Source: Fimbriosthenelais zetlandica
Lineage: Eukaryota
Length of the DNA: 64,000 bases
Assembly: GCA_977030845.1 (NCBI GenBank)
Contig: OZ365109.1
Span: 59,582,001-59,646,000, forward strand
Direction of reading: 5' to 3'
Shown: positions 13,718-27,200 of the stretch, one piece after another
Layout of the letters: each line of letters opens with the position of its first letter
Numbering within the stretch: position 1 is the first letter of the stretch
Made by a program: the position numbers and the translations under genes
Notes under the pieces: generated by a model
The model's database searches: none
Told to the model about the DNA's origin: nothing
What the model saw: the letters and a program-made list of their open reading frames with translations, nothing else

Positions 13718-16700
13718 GCTTGGTCCACACCTGAAATCTTCAGTGCACAGGTGTGCAACATCAATATAATAACGCTCACCAGGCAAGGTGTTCTCAGCAT
13801 TATGTTCTCTCAAGTCATGTATATATGATGTTCAATCGCTAACCAAACACATTCAAAGTGAGTTGAAACTGAAAACAGCAAGTTGCTTAGGTCATCTGTC
13901 CTGACTATGTTGTTTTTTGTCCTTGTATCAGTACCACACGTGTTAAAGATAATAACATTTAGAGATGATTATTTCTTTACGAATGTTAGTAAAACAAATA
14001 AAGAGTAGATTCAATTGGATCTCATTATCTTTATTTGCGGCACAGTTTCTGGACAAGAATGCTGAACCACATGTACGGTTGATATAGTCACTCAAATAAC
14101 TATAACTCGTTGCAGTGGATAAATATTACACGTAAAGGAAATAATTATACCTGTGTACCCGAAATATGACACAGGTGATCCTTCACATGTTATTCTACTT
14201 GTCAATATAACAAGGTCTCCAAGCTGGAGCATCTCATATCATACACAGTGAAATGGATTCAACTATCTCTATTATCTGTCAATCAAGGTTATCCAACTGC
14301 CTTGATCTTCTCAACATATTAAGGAATGACACCATGTTGTTATTGTTTTGCCCATGTTTGCTGAATATGTGTTTTTCTCCTATTATGAGTATAATTGTTT
14401 ACTGTGATTTTGTCATGTGCCACAGGTGACATTCAGGAAAGGCTGGTCGGATGAGACAGAAAGAGCGAGAGAAAGAGAAATAGATGATCATCACTAGCTT
14501 CCAGTTTACAACCACCACATTAGGGTAATCCCACAAAACGTGTTCTGGAGACAGATTACTCCAATCAGCTCAGAGTCGACTGAGAATCGGCTCAGCAAAT
14601 TGAGGTGTTTGGTATGCGCTAAATCGCCCAAGCCAGATTGTCTAATTAGTTGAACAAATTCCGGAGCTCTGTGGCCATTTCCTGCTTCACCGGGACAGAT
14701 ATCCCTTATCTGGGTTATCTACTGGTGCTATAGCAATGTACTACACTAGTTCCCATGGGAGGGTCAGCGGGTCTTTGGAGGAAGGGTCTATCTCTAGATA
14801 TCCGGGGGAAGAGGAGCTGCAATTAACCCCTCCCTTAAAGAGGGACTGCTGAAAAATGAGGCGAAGGGAAAAAAGCAAGGACTGATTTTGTCTGCCGCTC
14901 CGGCTTCAGGTGCTGGAGCAATCAAGTCCCACCGGAGGGACCAGGGCTGGAGAAGGGAGGCGCCAAATTAAGCATTGCGGAACGTTTGCTGACAGACTGG
15001 GATTCACATAATCATTTCCAATTAAGGAGATAACACTCTGAATGGCAGGGCAGATAGGGAAATCATTACCATATTACACCTTGCTTTGCTATGCCTGGAT
15101 GACTGCTCAGTCCTTGGACCTAATTCAGGTCTCTCCTTGAATTACATGGATCATATAGATAATTCATTTGTCTCTCACGACCTCAGTTCATCATTTCAAA
15201 ATAATTCACCTCCCTACCCCTTCCTTCAATAACTCCCATGCTATAATGGTTCTCAGCTTATACATCTATTTTTCACAGACCGTGGGCCTGTTACTTGAAT
15301 TGTCCTCAGGCCTCCTGTTCGCCAATATAACATATTTAATCTCTTGGAGGGACCTGGGGAAGCCACAGGACGGCTTGGGATGCCCGAGAGAGTGAAGGAT
15401 TGTCTCTCCATCTAGCCTCTTGCTCGGCTGATATTACACCCAATACGGCTATGCATTTGATTCATTTGATTCATCGCTAATGTGATTCATCTTCCGCCGG
15501 GAATGTCTTCAGCCGGCGAGACTTATAGAATTTATCGCCTGTCTCCAGCCAAGCAGAAAGCTCATACCCATTAAAGGCTTATACAATTTTAAGTAATTAA
15601 AATATATATTTAGTACAAGTTGCCTATGGTGTAATTCCTGAGTGCTCACCTAGTGATGAAATGTATGATGGGATCTGCCTGGATACTATGAGTAATTCAT
15701 GCTTTTTTGAATGGTTGCCTTTAACATAGACTACTCACAAAACAAGATATATCCCGACAAATTCACATTTCGATGACAATATGGAGTCTTTTCTCTCTCT
15801 TAATGCAATAATCTGAATGAATGCATCGTGTTTTAAGGCCTGTACTTTCACACATGTTGGTTAAGAAATGCCCTTTGCGTTAGTTTTCCATTGGGAACCT
15901 TGAGAGCTACAATGTCCCATTTCCTATACTACTCCTCATAAAGAGAGACGGTGGATTGTAGGACTGTCTCAAGAGACCACTGTGCACACCTCTCACTGAA
16001 GTCAGGAAGATAAAGGATGTTATTCAACATATCCGTGCGTGTTTTTGCAGGTAGCAGGATTGTTTAGCACTTATCAAAGAGTTCTATGTACCTCTAAGCT
16101 ATACACCATCCCAGTTATATTACACAATGGGATTTTCTCTCCACACTCTGTACTGCACACATAAACGTTTTTCTTTTTAATTCCGATCATATTAAATCTT
16201 GTCGCACAATATTATGTCTGAAATTCTGTGCAAGAAGAGGAGGAATGTGTTCAGTGAAGTACCATGCCTTTCTTTTTTAACAATGCTCGAATTTCTTTTA
16301 TAATGTCCTATACATGTTTCAAGGACATATATATACATAGAAGAACCATGCAAGAATCCTACAAATTGAGAATGACTGGGGCACTCCTGAATTAAGGCAT
16401 AAGTCCTTGTAATATAAAGCCACGTTTATCAGCCAAAGAACAAATACGTCTGTTCAACCATAAGGATGATGTCTGGAAAGGGTAATTGCGCTGACAGACC
16501 CAGTCAATGCGGCCATTCCTACAAACATATATCAGCTCTGCTACTAATCGCAACATGTGCTCAAGATGGAGTGTTTCTAGATTGCAGGGGCCAATGATTG
16601 AGCCTGGAGACTATCATTCTTTGATCCTTGATCTTCCAATCTGTGCTCGTCTCGGGTGAATCATGCCTTTCCTTATCCCATTTGCCAGTCATCTCACAAG

Positions 16701-19700
16701 CGTCTTTGATGGTTTCCCAGGAAGAAGCTCAGTACGGGTGGATAAACCAGATACAGATCGAGTGTTTGGTCAAGCACCCCTGATTCATACATACATGGCA
16801 ACAAGGAGTACTCGACACGTTAGTCACAGTTCAATTGCAATATTTTTATTGCATCGCTGAAAATGTCACTACATAATGCAACAATCTGATTCACCAGGGA
16901 CAGTCCCTAAAAATCCAATCATAATTATTTTCCTCATGCATCTTGCAATTGTATGCCTAACTAGGCTCATCCTGATGTACATACGTAGAACGTACATGTA
17001 TAGTACAAAATAAACGGAAGAAATAGAGCTTAATCCACCTTCACAGTGCCGTTACCCATGCAGAGACAATGTCTGTGACGTCACAGAGTGCAATACAGGA
17101 AAAAAGATGGCACTCTGATGCCAATATCAGACTCCGATGTTAAGGCTATGAGAGATCAGTACCAAAGCTATAATACATACAATAATTTCATTATATTAAT
17201 TTTATCCTGTGTTTTTGCATTATCGACCAGTGTCACATTTCATGTATGGTTAGACATACCATCAAGGAATAAGCTGTATTTCAGTGGCTTGGAAGTCGGT
17301 CATAAGAAAGGAATCTGCGGTGGATTTAAGGTGGCCTCGCGATGTTTGCCTAGTTAAAAGAACTCCATCTTCACATTACTGCCTGTGGCTAGTTCTGTTG
17401 ACCATGAAGACTGCCTCTCCAAGGCATCACGGAGGTCTCTTACCCTTCTTAAAGGGGGTCATTGTTGACCAGGTACCTGGTACATAACACAACCCACCAG
17501 TCACGTTCGGATCTATAATGCACCTGCACTGGGACTCCCCTAATTGGTCAAGGTTAGCATCTTTAAAGATCTGTGCTGGAGCCTGGAAAAGAAGCCTTCA
17601 GTGAAGCGCCTAGAACCTCACCCTCCTATAGCCCCGACCTTATGCGTGTGACACCAAGCCTTTTTGTGAGCAACCTCTGGAGGTGGTTATATTTACACAG
17701 GTCCTTAAGCCAGGCAAGGTGATCCTGATCAAAGATTTAATTACTATACAGACAAAGCCTGGGCGTGTACATTTATATGAAAGATATTGCAGACTTGTGG
17801 AGTATACTCTGTAGTTTTCAGTATCATGTTAGTCAGCAAAGAAGTCCTTTTTCAGATGTAAAGTAGTGGAGGAAAGTAGATAGGAGATAAGGTGGAATAG
17901 TACTGGACACCATACTGATACAAGAGAGCCTTGAGGCAGTCAGGGTCAGGTTGAGCAGCTCTCGAGTCCAAGGTATGGATTGGTGAGCTACCCCTGCAAG
18001 AGCCGATATGGTTGTCGCGTGTATGGTCGATCGAACGTGATACATAGTCCTCCAGACCCATGCTTCTGTGACCAACAAAAGGACATTGGTATCTCTACAA
18101 TGCTTGCTTGCCAAATGGAGATTACACCGTTATCAAGAAGCATGGGTTTCAGATAGATATGACTTGAGGGGGTCGCCATTCAAACAGCCCCGAGTCAGAC
18201 CCCATTCTGTTCCGGTCAATAACAATGTCTCGCAGACGCTACCATTGATGATATTTTTTTGACTCATTCATTTTATCAGAGCCTAGAATTATTGGCCTGA
18301 GCCATTCTGCTGGATTGTAATGCAAGTTTTCCATAAAGTCAAGCCGGATTTATGGTAGTGATGTGTCTGGAAAGGTCGAGATAGCCACTTGCAAGCCTTG
18401 TAAGTCTGCCATAAGGCAACGTGCTCACACGCTACAGTGAACAGTCAATGATCAGCGGAAAATATATGTCTCAGTCATCTACTAATAGCCGTGATATCCT
18501 TCAATTTTGTGAGCCAGGGGAGTGTCCACTTCATGTGCTTCCCATACCCTGATTACCAGCTCACATTACCCTGCTGGAATTTTCTTCCTCAACTTTCATG
18601 ATCTTCCGGCAAAACTAGGTTGAAAGTGGATTAGAGTGTCACATTTTCGTCAGCAATGATAATATACAGCTTTATACGTGTAGGGAATAAAATATAGGTC
18701 TACAAAGTCTGTGGATGAAGAGTATAGCTTCTTTTTAACTAGGTGATGTGGAATGGGTCGCCTGACCCTGGCTCCAAGTCACCCACATACCGAAAGCTCA
18801 GATCAGAGAGGTAGGCGAGTTATCATAAGCTCACTTCAGCCCTTGTGAATCCAATGCTGAGCCGGTTTCCAAAGCAGGGGGGCTTTCCACTGATCCCCTG
18901 GAGACGTCCAACTCGAGTCAGAGCCCCTGAGAAACTCGGACCCAATGGGCTTTAATACACGAACCGCTCCCCTTGACCATTCAGCAAACAGGGACCAAAA
19001 TATACCCCAAAGGCAAAGTTTTCTTGCAGAACAAACTAATCCAATTAATTCCAAGTCATTCTTAATTGAATTACCATTCCAATCATTAGTAGTGATACAT
19101 AATGATTGATTTGTTAGGCGCTGCTCCACCATTGTTCGTAAATTACCCATTAATTTGTGAGAAAACTAGGCAGAGATGGATATGTTGGCGGTAGAGTACC
19201 ATTCACCCGCAACATCCTTGTCTAGATATCTGCTGAGGAAAGGCCCTTTTGTTCCTGCCCCTTTAGGAGGATAAACCCTTGATTGCGCAAAGCCCTTTCT
19301 CCTCGGTAATGAAGCATCAAAATGGGCTATCAACATACTGTAGATGGTTTCCTCATGTGTATTGTTTGTCTGGTACATGTATATCAAATTTGTCCAAGTA
19401 AAGAAAGTTCCCTGCAAAGCGATGAAATAATATATTGTTTACCGCCTTAATCCTGGAGGACCCCATTTCGATCGTTCCTCATCCTCCATTCCTTCCAGTA
19501 CAATTCTTACAGTGCTAGTAGCTGTAAAAAGCCCTGTTGGCATCGTGGATACACATGAACATGATGGTTACCCCTCCTTTTGTTTTACCCTGGCGTACCT
19601 CCAACTGTTGAATTTTTAATGGCTTAAGGTGAATAAAACGAAGATTAACTCGAGCTAACTATGCATGGGAGGATTGAAACCATGTTGGTTCTCATGAAGA

Positions 19701-22700
19701 AAGGAATATTCAATAGCCCTTCATGTTGGGGGTGCTCGTGATCTGTGAAGCACTTTTAGATGGTTCAACACCTCTTAATATGATACCATTTTAGTTAATA
19801 AACTCATACAATGGAGATATTCCAAAATAGCCTTATGATGATGACCTAATACATCTATAAGCTCTTCACTATTCAGTACTCTGATTGAGGCAGTGATTAA
19901 ACGACCCCTTTATGCGATTCATACTCTGAGAAAAATCATACTAACAGGTCGTACACTCCCATAAAAGTGATACTGCCTCTAAACAGATTCTAGATCGTTA
20001 TTTGTATGATAGTGCTGGCTAAAAAGTGCAGCATAATTGGTATCACTTCAAAGATGAGTTGGATCATTATATGAGGCTTATTTCTATGACCTGTAACGTG
20101 TGTCATGTATTGATTTCCTCTGTAGTGAATTACTCCCTTTGCAAATTGATATGTATGGACTCGTCTAAAAGCATCCCCTTCCCTATTAACTCTAAAGTGT
20201 ACTTAGAATGTTAATTTCTGTTCCAAGAGTATTATTTCGCATGGGAAATTTGAAGGTGGCCATTTTGATAGTGAAAATAGTTAAGAAATACAGGCTGCTT
20301 TTGGCAAGACCTTTTTAATTTAACTTATTTTAGACGGAAGAAATGCCTTTAAGTCTGCCTGTTACTCTTTTTATTCCTGTTGCATTTTTTGTCGCTCATC
20401 AAGGATTTAAATTTCTGTAGCTCTTTGAACCATATATCTAAGTTGAATCGCTTTACGGGTCATCCAAGTATATCTATTATGTGAAGCAGACATGACTTGT
20501 GATGGAGAATTTCTTGGAAATTAAGTTCTGACAGAAGTGGTTACCCTGTATAATAGTGAGAGCAATTCCAATTTTCACTCCATTCATTCCACCCTTTCTC
20601 CCAGCCAACTAATCTATGTCACTCGCGCGATGGGTACTCCGGCACTGTTTTTGGCAAGGATTGACAGAGGTCAGACTCACCTAGCCGAATTAGAAGTGTT
20701 AATTGTAGTTACCCAAGAACCAACATATTGATCTCAAGTCAAGTATGGCTTACAGGACCAGCTGGTCACTGCAGCCTGTCAATATAGGAGAAGCCACTCA
20801 GAGAAAAGGTCCATTCCTCTCATACACTTAGTGCGGCCGACTATGTCTTGTGTAATAAAGTTACCACCGACCTAGGATGTGGCCAGCCAACAGTCTGTCC
20901 TCCTCCACTGGTCCCTCGGAAATTTAATCAATGATTGCTGGAATGAGGTGGTAATAATCTATTTCTCAAGATGGGAGTCAAATTAGGGTGAAACATATGC
21001 GGTTTCCGGTTCGTCCCTCCAAAAACACCTGGCATCTTGCATCTTGAAGGACGATCCACTGTTACTGCTGGGCACCTATGATGAATAGACGTACTGTGTT
21101 ACTACTTCAGATAATGAATTGCCTGAACATTACTGTCTAGTCTGTATCACTGTATTTTCACGGCGAGACTAATATAGAGCAGGAAATTCCAAACGACTGA
21201 TTTAGAATTGATTTTACTTGTTAATCTCAGGAACATTTGGAGTGAGACATGGTGTTTTAATCACTGGTCTGAATTTTCCACGGGTGATTTCATGTGGGCC
21301 TATATATGGAGTCTTTTTAGTGTAGGCCTAGCCAGACAGGCTCTCTCGTGAAGTATACCAAACGCCCTTGGGAATGAAGGAGAATGAAAGTTAGCGTGCT
21401 GGACATCCATTCCCCTTAATATTTGAACCTCTGTGTTCAGACATTGATCCCCCAAATACACTTATATTCAACAACACACTGACGCAAAGTTCTTTATTTA
21501 CGATTCTTTTTCAAACCTATCTGCTCCCTGAGAATATTCTTATCAATCATGGAGTTGGTCCTGTCCCAAAGGGAACATACAATGGAGATAGCAATCTAGA
21601 CCTGTTTCTTCCTGATTTGACATTCCACCCTCTGTATTTCTCCCAGAAAGAATGCTTGCGTTAAAACCGCGCAGGGGATTTTCTCAGCACTGTTTCAAAT
21701 ACTTTGGCTCAGGACTTGACAACAATAAAAATGGTGATTTCCATTTTAATACAGTTATAAACAGGATTCTGACTCTGTTGATAAAGTTCTGCCATGGGGA
21801 AAATTTATTCTCAGTTTTGGCAACAGGAAAGATTGTTCTGGCTGAAATAAAATCTAATCATGTTTGAGGAATATTGATTACGACTTGCCAACTAAGTCCC
21901 CTCATCAGGTTTCTTTCATCTAGCCATTTTTAATATCGCAAGTGCTGTTCAATTGTCACACATTATGTATGCACTGGAAAATTCAGAGATAAAAAGGGCC
22001 CAAGGTTCCAATAGAGTTGCTTTCCAACCTCAACAAAGCGGTTTCAGGTGAGACAGAGGTGGAAAACAAGGTGTACTTTTAAAAGGCTGAAAGTGCAAAA
22101 CAGGTCAGGGAAGTGAAACGCAGCCAGGGTCAAAAAATCTTTGATGTTGGTGTTTGCTAGCATTGATGAAGGTTGCCTAGTGGAAGCAGGGAGAGAGGAT
22201 GAGAAATCCCTTTTGATACTACAGTGGCATCGATCATGAGCGCTGTGTGGTATTTTGACAGTAAAGCTAGATCCTAGTCTACTGTAATTACCAAGGTCCA
22301 TAACCAACATATTGGACCTAGATATGAGCAGGATACATACTGTGTTCTTGTGCAAATAACATTGACAAAAGGATGGCATGGGACAGCGACAGATATATGC
22401 TCTCCCAACGTGTTCCATTTTGGGATAGAAAGGTTAACCTCCAGAATTCTTCTTAGTGTCTGAGAAAGCTTGTTTTTCTGTTGTCTAGGCTTTGGGAATC
22501 TTGCTCAGAAGTTCACATATATATGCTTACTTCCAAGCATTTACATGTATTTCCTTACTACTCCTTTAGAACTTGAGCAAGCACCCTTGTGACCCTTTTT
22601 AGCCAAAGGGAGGAACGTTACAGAAAGTGTAAAGTTTCTTTAGGAGACATTCCTGATGGGTTTTGAATGCCTTATAACAAGTCAGATCATATACTCTCAC

Positions 22701-23279
22701 TTTCAGCCTCAAGTTTGAGGTGAATGTATATGAATGAAGGTCTTTCATAATATTTTAGCTCATAGACAAATATTGAATAATCCTAAGGACACTTAGAAGA
22801 AATACTCTGCACGATATATAAGGAAAACAATGCAGCTGCTCACTGCCAACATTATTGCTTAATAGAAGACAGTATTTAATCTGTACATCCCTGTATTTTA
22901 TACCATCGCAGTAATTTATAAAACATGAAACGGTTCTAGAGTATTGTCCTTTGGGCTATTATTGCTAATATTTACCGATCACTTCGACCAGCCTATATGT
23001 TTTGGCTCCTCTAATGAATGGGGTCCTGATCAAGACAGCGAAAACACCAATAAAAAGTCCGGAGGCGCGGCTGTTGCCAATTGCTGCATTGCGGCCTGGG
23101 CCTAACGGGTTAGAATAAAGCCCAGAGCGAGAGCGCATTAGAGCAAGGGAGGTTTTAATCAGGATCCAGGCAGGGGGGAAAAAGCTAATGAGTGGTGCTG
23201 AACACTAAGTCTAATTAAAAGGACCGTTTTGAGTTGGCCCTCAGTCTCACCTTAGGCAGCTTCTGGTCTCCAATCACCT

Positions 23280-24220
23280 TCAGCTGGGAGATTGGTACCT
23301 GCCGTGTCGGTGAGATGAAGAAATGAAGGTAAGGAACCTGCGGTTTGAAGTGAAGCCGTACTGTACACGCAGCTTATCTTCCCAGTCAGGATCATGTAGA
23401 GTGGATCTTTTGGGATGACCGGGTCGAGTAAATATAGACCAAAACTTTGCCCCTACTAAGCACAGCATTGATGAAATCGGAGGATGCAATTTCAACAATT
23501 TAGCAGTGTAGAGGGGAATAAGTAGAGGCTTTTTGGTTGTGAAATTGGCAGTCAAGGCTAGGTACATGGAAGGGTTCTGTCTCTTTATACTAGAAGGCCT
23601 GCCGGGCATTAGACAGGGGAATGAACAGAGGACATGACAAATGGTAGCCTGGTCTTTAATGACAGAATCGCCAGCCTTTAATTGGAATACCCCAAGTGCT
23701 ACAAACCATGTTGCCTGTCTCAGTCGGTCAATGGTCAGCAAGCATTAATTTTAGCATTACAGCATCAGTTTTTCCCCTCGACATCATGGGCAGATTTCTT
23801 GGTGCTAGCTGCTGGAAATGAAATATCAAGCTTTCTGCGGACAAAACAACTATTTTTGAGGATCCAATTTAACAGAGTAATTAATGGTTTACTCCCACAT
23901 TGTATTCGATGGCAATTCGATGCGATAATTAAAAGACATTAAATTCCTTACAGAGATCTTTGTCTAGATTCTCCAATCTAAATACTTTCTTTTTTCAATT
24001 AGGCACCTATCAATTGTTAGTTCCACAAATAGCGAGATTTCTTTCTGAATCCTTTTCTCCGGGTGAGTTTTGTATATCACATCCTGTAAATGGAAGACTG
24101 AAAATTGCCGTAGCTATTATGAGAGACATAATTTATCTTATAAAGCTCCAGTGTTTTATTGTTCCCTTTGTCAGATTCTGCCTCTGTACGGCATCTGTAC
24201 CCTGAATGTGCAGGTCAAAA
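23280..24220 (-). pseudogene. Eroded BEL/Pao pol fragment (RNase H to integrase zinc-binding region)
   Basis: Ordered motifs: DLHIQGTDA (~LH.F.DAS), LLNWILKNSCFVRRK (~VL.WI...FV.NR), HDVEGKN (~HV.G..NPAD), LTIDRLRQA (~LT.EEL.QA), GDSVIKDQATI, TKKPLLIP (~KHP.ILP), KFWSIFTR (~RFWI...R). Confidence 0.5.
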
Positions 24221-27200
24221 GAAGTATTCTTCGACATGTCTAACGTTGTAACATAATCCTTCTGCCTCTGTATCAATTGAGTAATCCGACCTTCAGAGTT
24301 ATAAAAAGCACACTGGACCCCCTCAGCCTCCTCAGATAGATTCGTATATTGTATACTGTTCATCCCAAAAAGTAAGGCAATCTCTGCGGGAGATAACATT
24401 GATACTTTCAATAATGAAACCATTGTACTGCAGGAAAAGCACAGGCTCTTCTACATTGAAACTGTGATATTTAGGTCAGAACCAGAAAGTTTTTTTCTTT
24501 CTCTCTGAAACAAGAGAGTGACCCCTGAGGGTATGGATCGAGTCTGAAAATGTGATGCTGCCGAAAGGGGTTACCATGATACACGCAATGAATTTGGGGC
24601 CCATTACTCAGGTGTCTGTGGCAACGCTTCAGGTCTGCTTGGTGCCTCCCAGGCACCTATTGAAACACGAATATTTCAAAATCCTTGAATATTTTAACAA
24701 AAGAAATAGTAGATAGTAGAAGTATAGTAGATACAAAAATCTCGGGTAATGAATTGAAAATGTATTAAAGGATCACTGATGTGTTGTTTTATATAGTACA
24801 ACCTTGATAAAAAAATGTGTGGGAATTTTTGCCAAGCTTTTCGGATTCCCCTAAGGTGGACATAAATAATTTGATTTTGTTTCCTTGAAAGTTTATATTG
24901 CCAAGTGAATCAAAGCAGAAGATGCCTCTGATGTAGTGCTTCAAACACATGTTGGTATCAAGTATTAGATTCAGTAGGGGTGAAGGGTCTCTGTGGTTCT
25001 GTCAGTCACTGTGGTAGAAAAGGCTGTGACCAGAGATGGGTGTGGCACGCTGGAAGCCCTTCCTTAGGAGCCATAGGTGGCTGGCGTAGGACAGCTCGTA
25101 TATGGATGCATCATATCACTTAACCTTTCCTCTCACATTTCTAGCAGGGTCAGACTAACTGATGACCTCAATAAGGCGAAGATTGCTCAAATCAAAGCTG
25201 AGAGGTGGCGAGACTAAAATGACACCCTTGACACCCCTCAATGCATCTGTCGATGGCCTCTGCCAACCATTGCCAGGGCAATTGCTTTCATTGCAATACA
25301 TTGCTTCGAATTGGTGCAAGAAATGTGCCTAAAGTAATTTTGCATGCCGTTTCACAGCAGATACCAATTTTGGCCATTCATCGCACCAGTGCTGCTTCAG
25401 TGCGGGACTGGCTTCCGTGACGGTTGCCCAGGGCAACCATGGAATCAGCCAATGGGCATCACTGACCTGTCTGCTGACACCCAATCGAGTGTTTGAATGA
25501 GGATGGCTCGGCTGCAGATTGCAAGACACTAGGTACACATCTGAACTCACTTCATATGGGCACTTGGCAACTTGATTTGTGTTGAGGGCCTCTTATAAAG
25601 CCTCAGTGATATAGAGTCTAGCCATTCCTCTCCTCGTATCAACATGTGCTGGTCTAGGCTATAAATCCTGAATGACAAGAACATCCAGACAAAGCCTTCA
25701 ACATAGACTCAGTAGTCACAGAGTAACTGTCGCAGTTGAAATGTAAACGAAGCAAGGACCTTAATATGAACCCAGGTGTTCTTCCCATCTGAATATGCCA
25801 GCGGAATCTTGATTGCCGCAAAGTGTATAGGTTAATAATGCCCATAAACTATCATTCCTCATGGTTGGCTAGTAGACGGAGCCTGCAACAGATGCCCCAT
25901 TTCCTGACTCATCCACGAGCTCTGCCGATTTGATGCACACAAAATTATCCTCTTACCAACTGTGACTTTTCTTCTGCTGCTATTCAGGGTAGGAGTCGGT
26001 GACTGGCGATGCTGTCTCACGGCCACGCCTCGTCTTCTGCTGGGGCAAGAACTAACCTCATCATTAGAGCCTTCCGTGGACAAGAAACGTGCCAAACACA
26101 TTGTTTTCTTTCAGGAAATGCGAGTCAGGCGAAGGAACACGTAGAGCGTGTAAGAACATTTTCCGAGGCTCATGTTGAGTTCATCATTGCAAGTGCTGCT
26201 AGCAAACGACATTGTGTACCGTGTAAATGACACTTTATGTGTATAGATGGGTAGGAATGAGCAAAAACGTGCACAATGTCTAGCTGAAATACTCAGAAGC
26301 ACGCCGCTTTGTATTTAATCATCCTATACTTTAAAAGCTGCTAGTATTGATATGTATGCACATAACACCCCAAAGAGAAGTTGGATGGAACAAAAAAACC
26401 TCCTCAGCAAATAATATACTAGCATTATAATCAGACGTTTCCATGCTATCTAGCATGCACACTTTCTAAAGAGAGCTCACCTTGGACTGCGTACAAAAAC
26501 TGTGACAGCAATGGTTACAAACTATCATATTATTTCACTTTCATAAACAAATTGATGTTTGCTTTGCTACATAATGCCACCTTAATTGTTTTGACTGGAT
26601 TCTGAGGATCTCATTCAATATAGGGCTTCAAGAATCTTCCAGCAAGGGATCAGAGACCAAATCCGCAGTAAGCCTGAAAAATGCAACGATCAAGAGCTAG
26701 TCCAGACTGCCAATCTGCAGGACACTGCATGGGGCATTGCGCGGGAACGACAGCCACTCCTCTAGCTGTAGACTCACAATAATGAGGGTTAAAACAATAA
26801 TGTCTTCCTCACATTTGCATACCTTCCAGTGATAACAGATGCTATGTCGACAGAACAATCCTGCATAATGGTTCTTCTCCAGCGCAGTTTTTTCCCCATA
26901 CATAGAGAGCACATAAATATTCTCACCCACACACACCCGGCCTCTCATCTGTCATACATCACAATCATATCATTAATGGACTATCGATGTCTACAGTGGC
27001 CAATACTTTGCCACCTCTCCTCTCTTCACTCTGCCTGGGGACCTTACATGAAACTCCCCCCTTTCCCCTTCCCTCCTACCTCCTTCAGGCCAAGGCTTTT
27101 AACGGCTAGCCAACGGTTATGATACAACCGGCCAACAGGCTCCAAAACAGGAGGGACGGAAATGGTGCAAAGTGGACGCGGGTCCTGTTTTTATGGATGT

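Noticed and set aside
15085-15160. CLDDCSVLGP resembling RT YxDD
   Set aside because: No upstream LPFG/PQG motif or downstream support.
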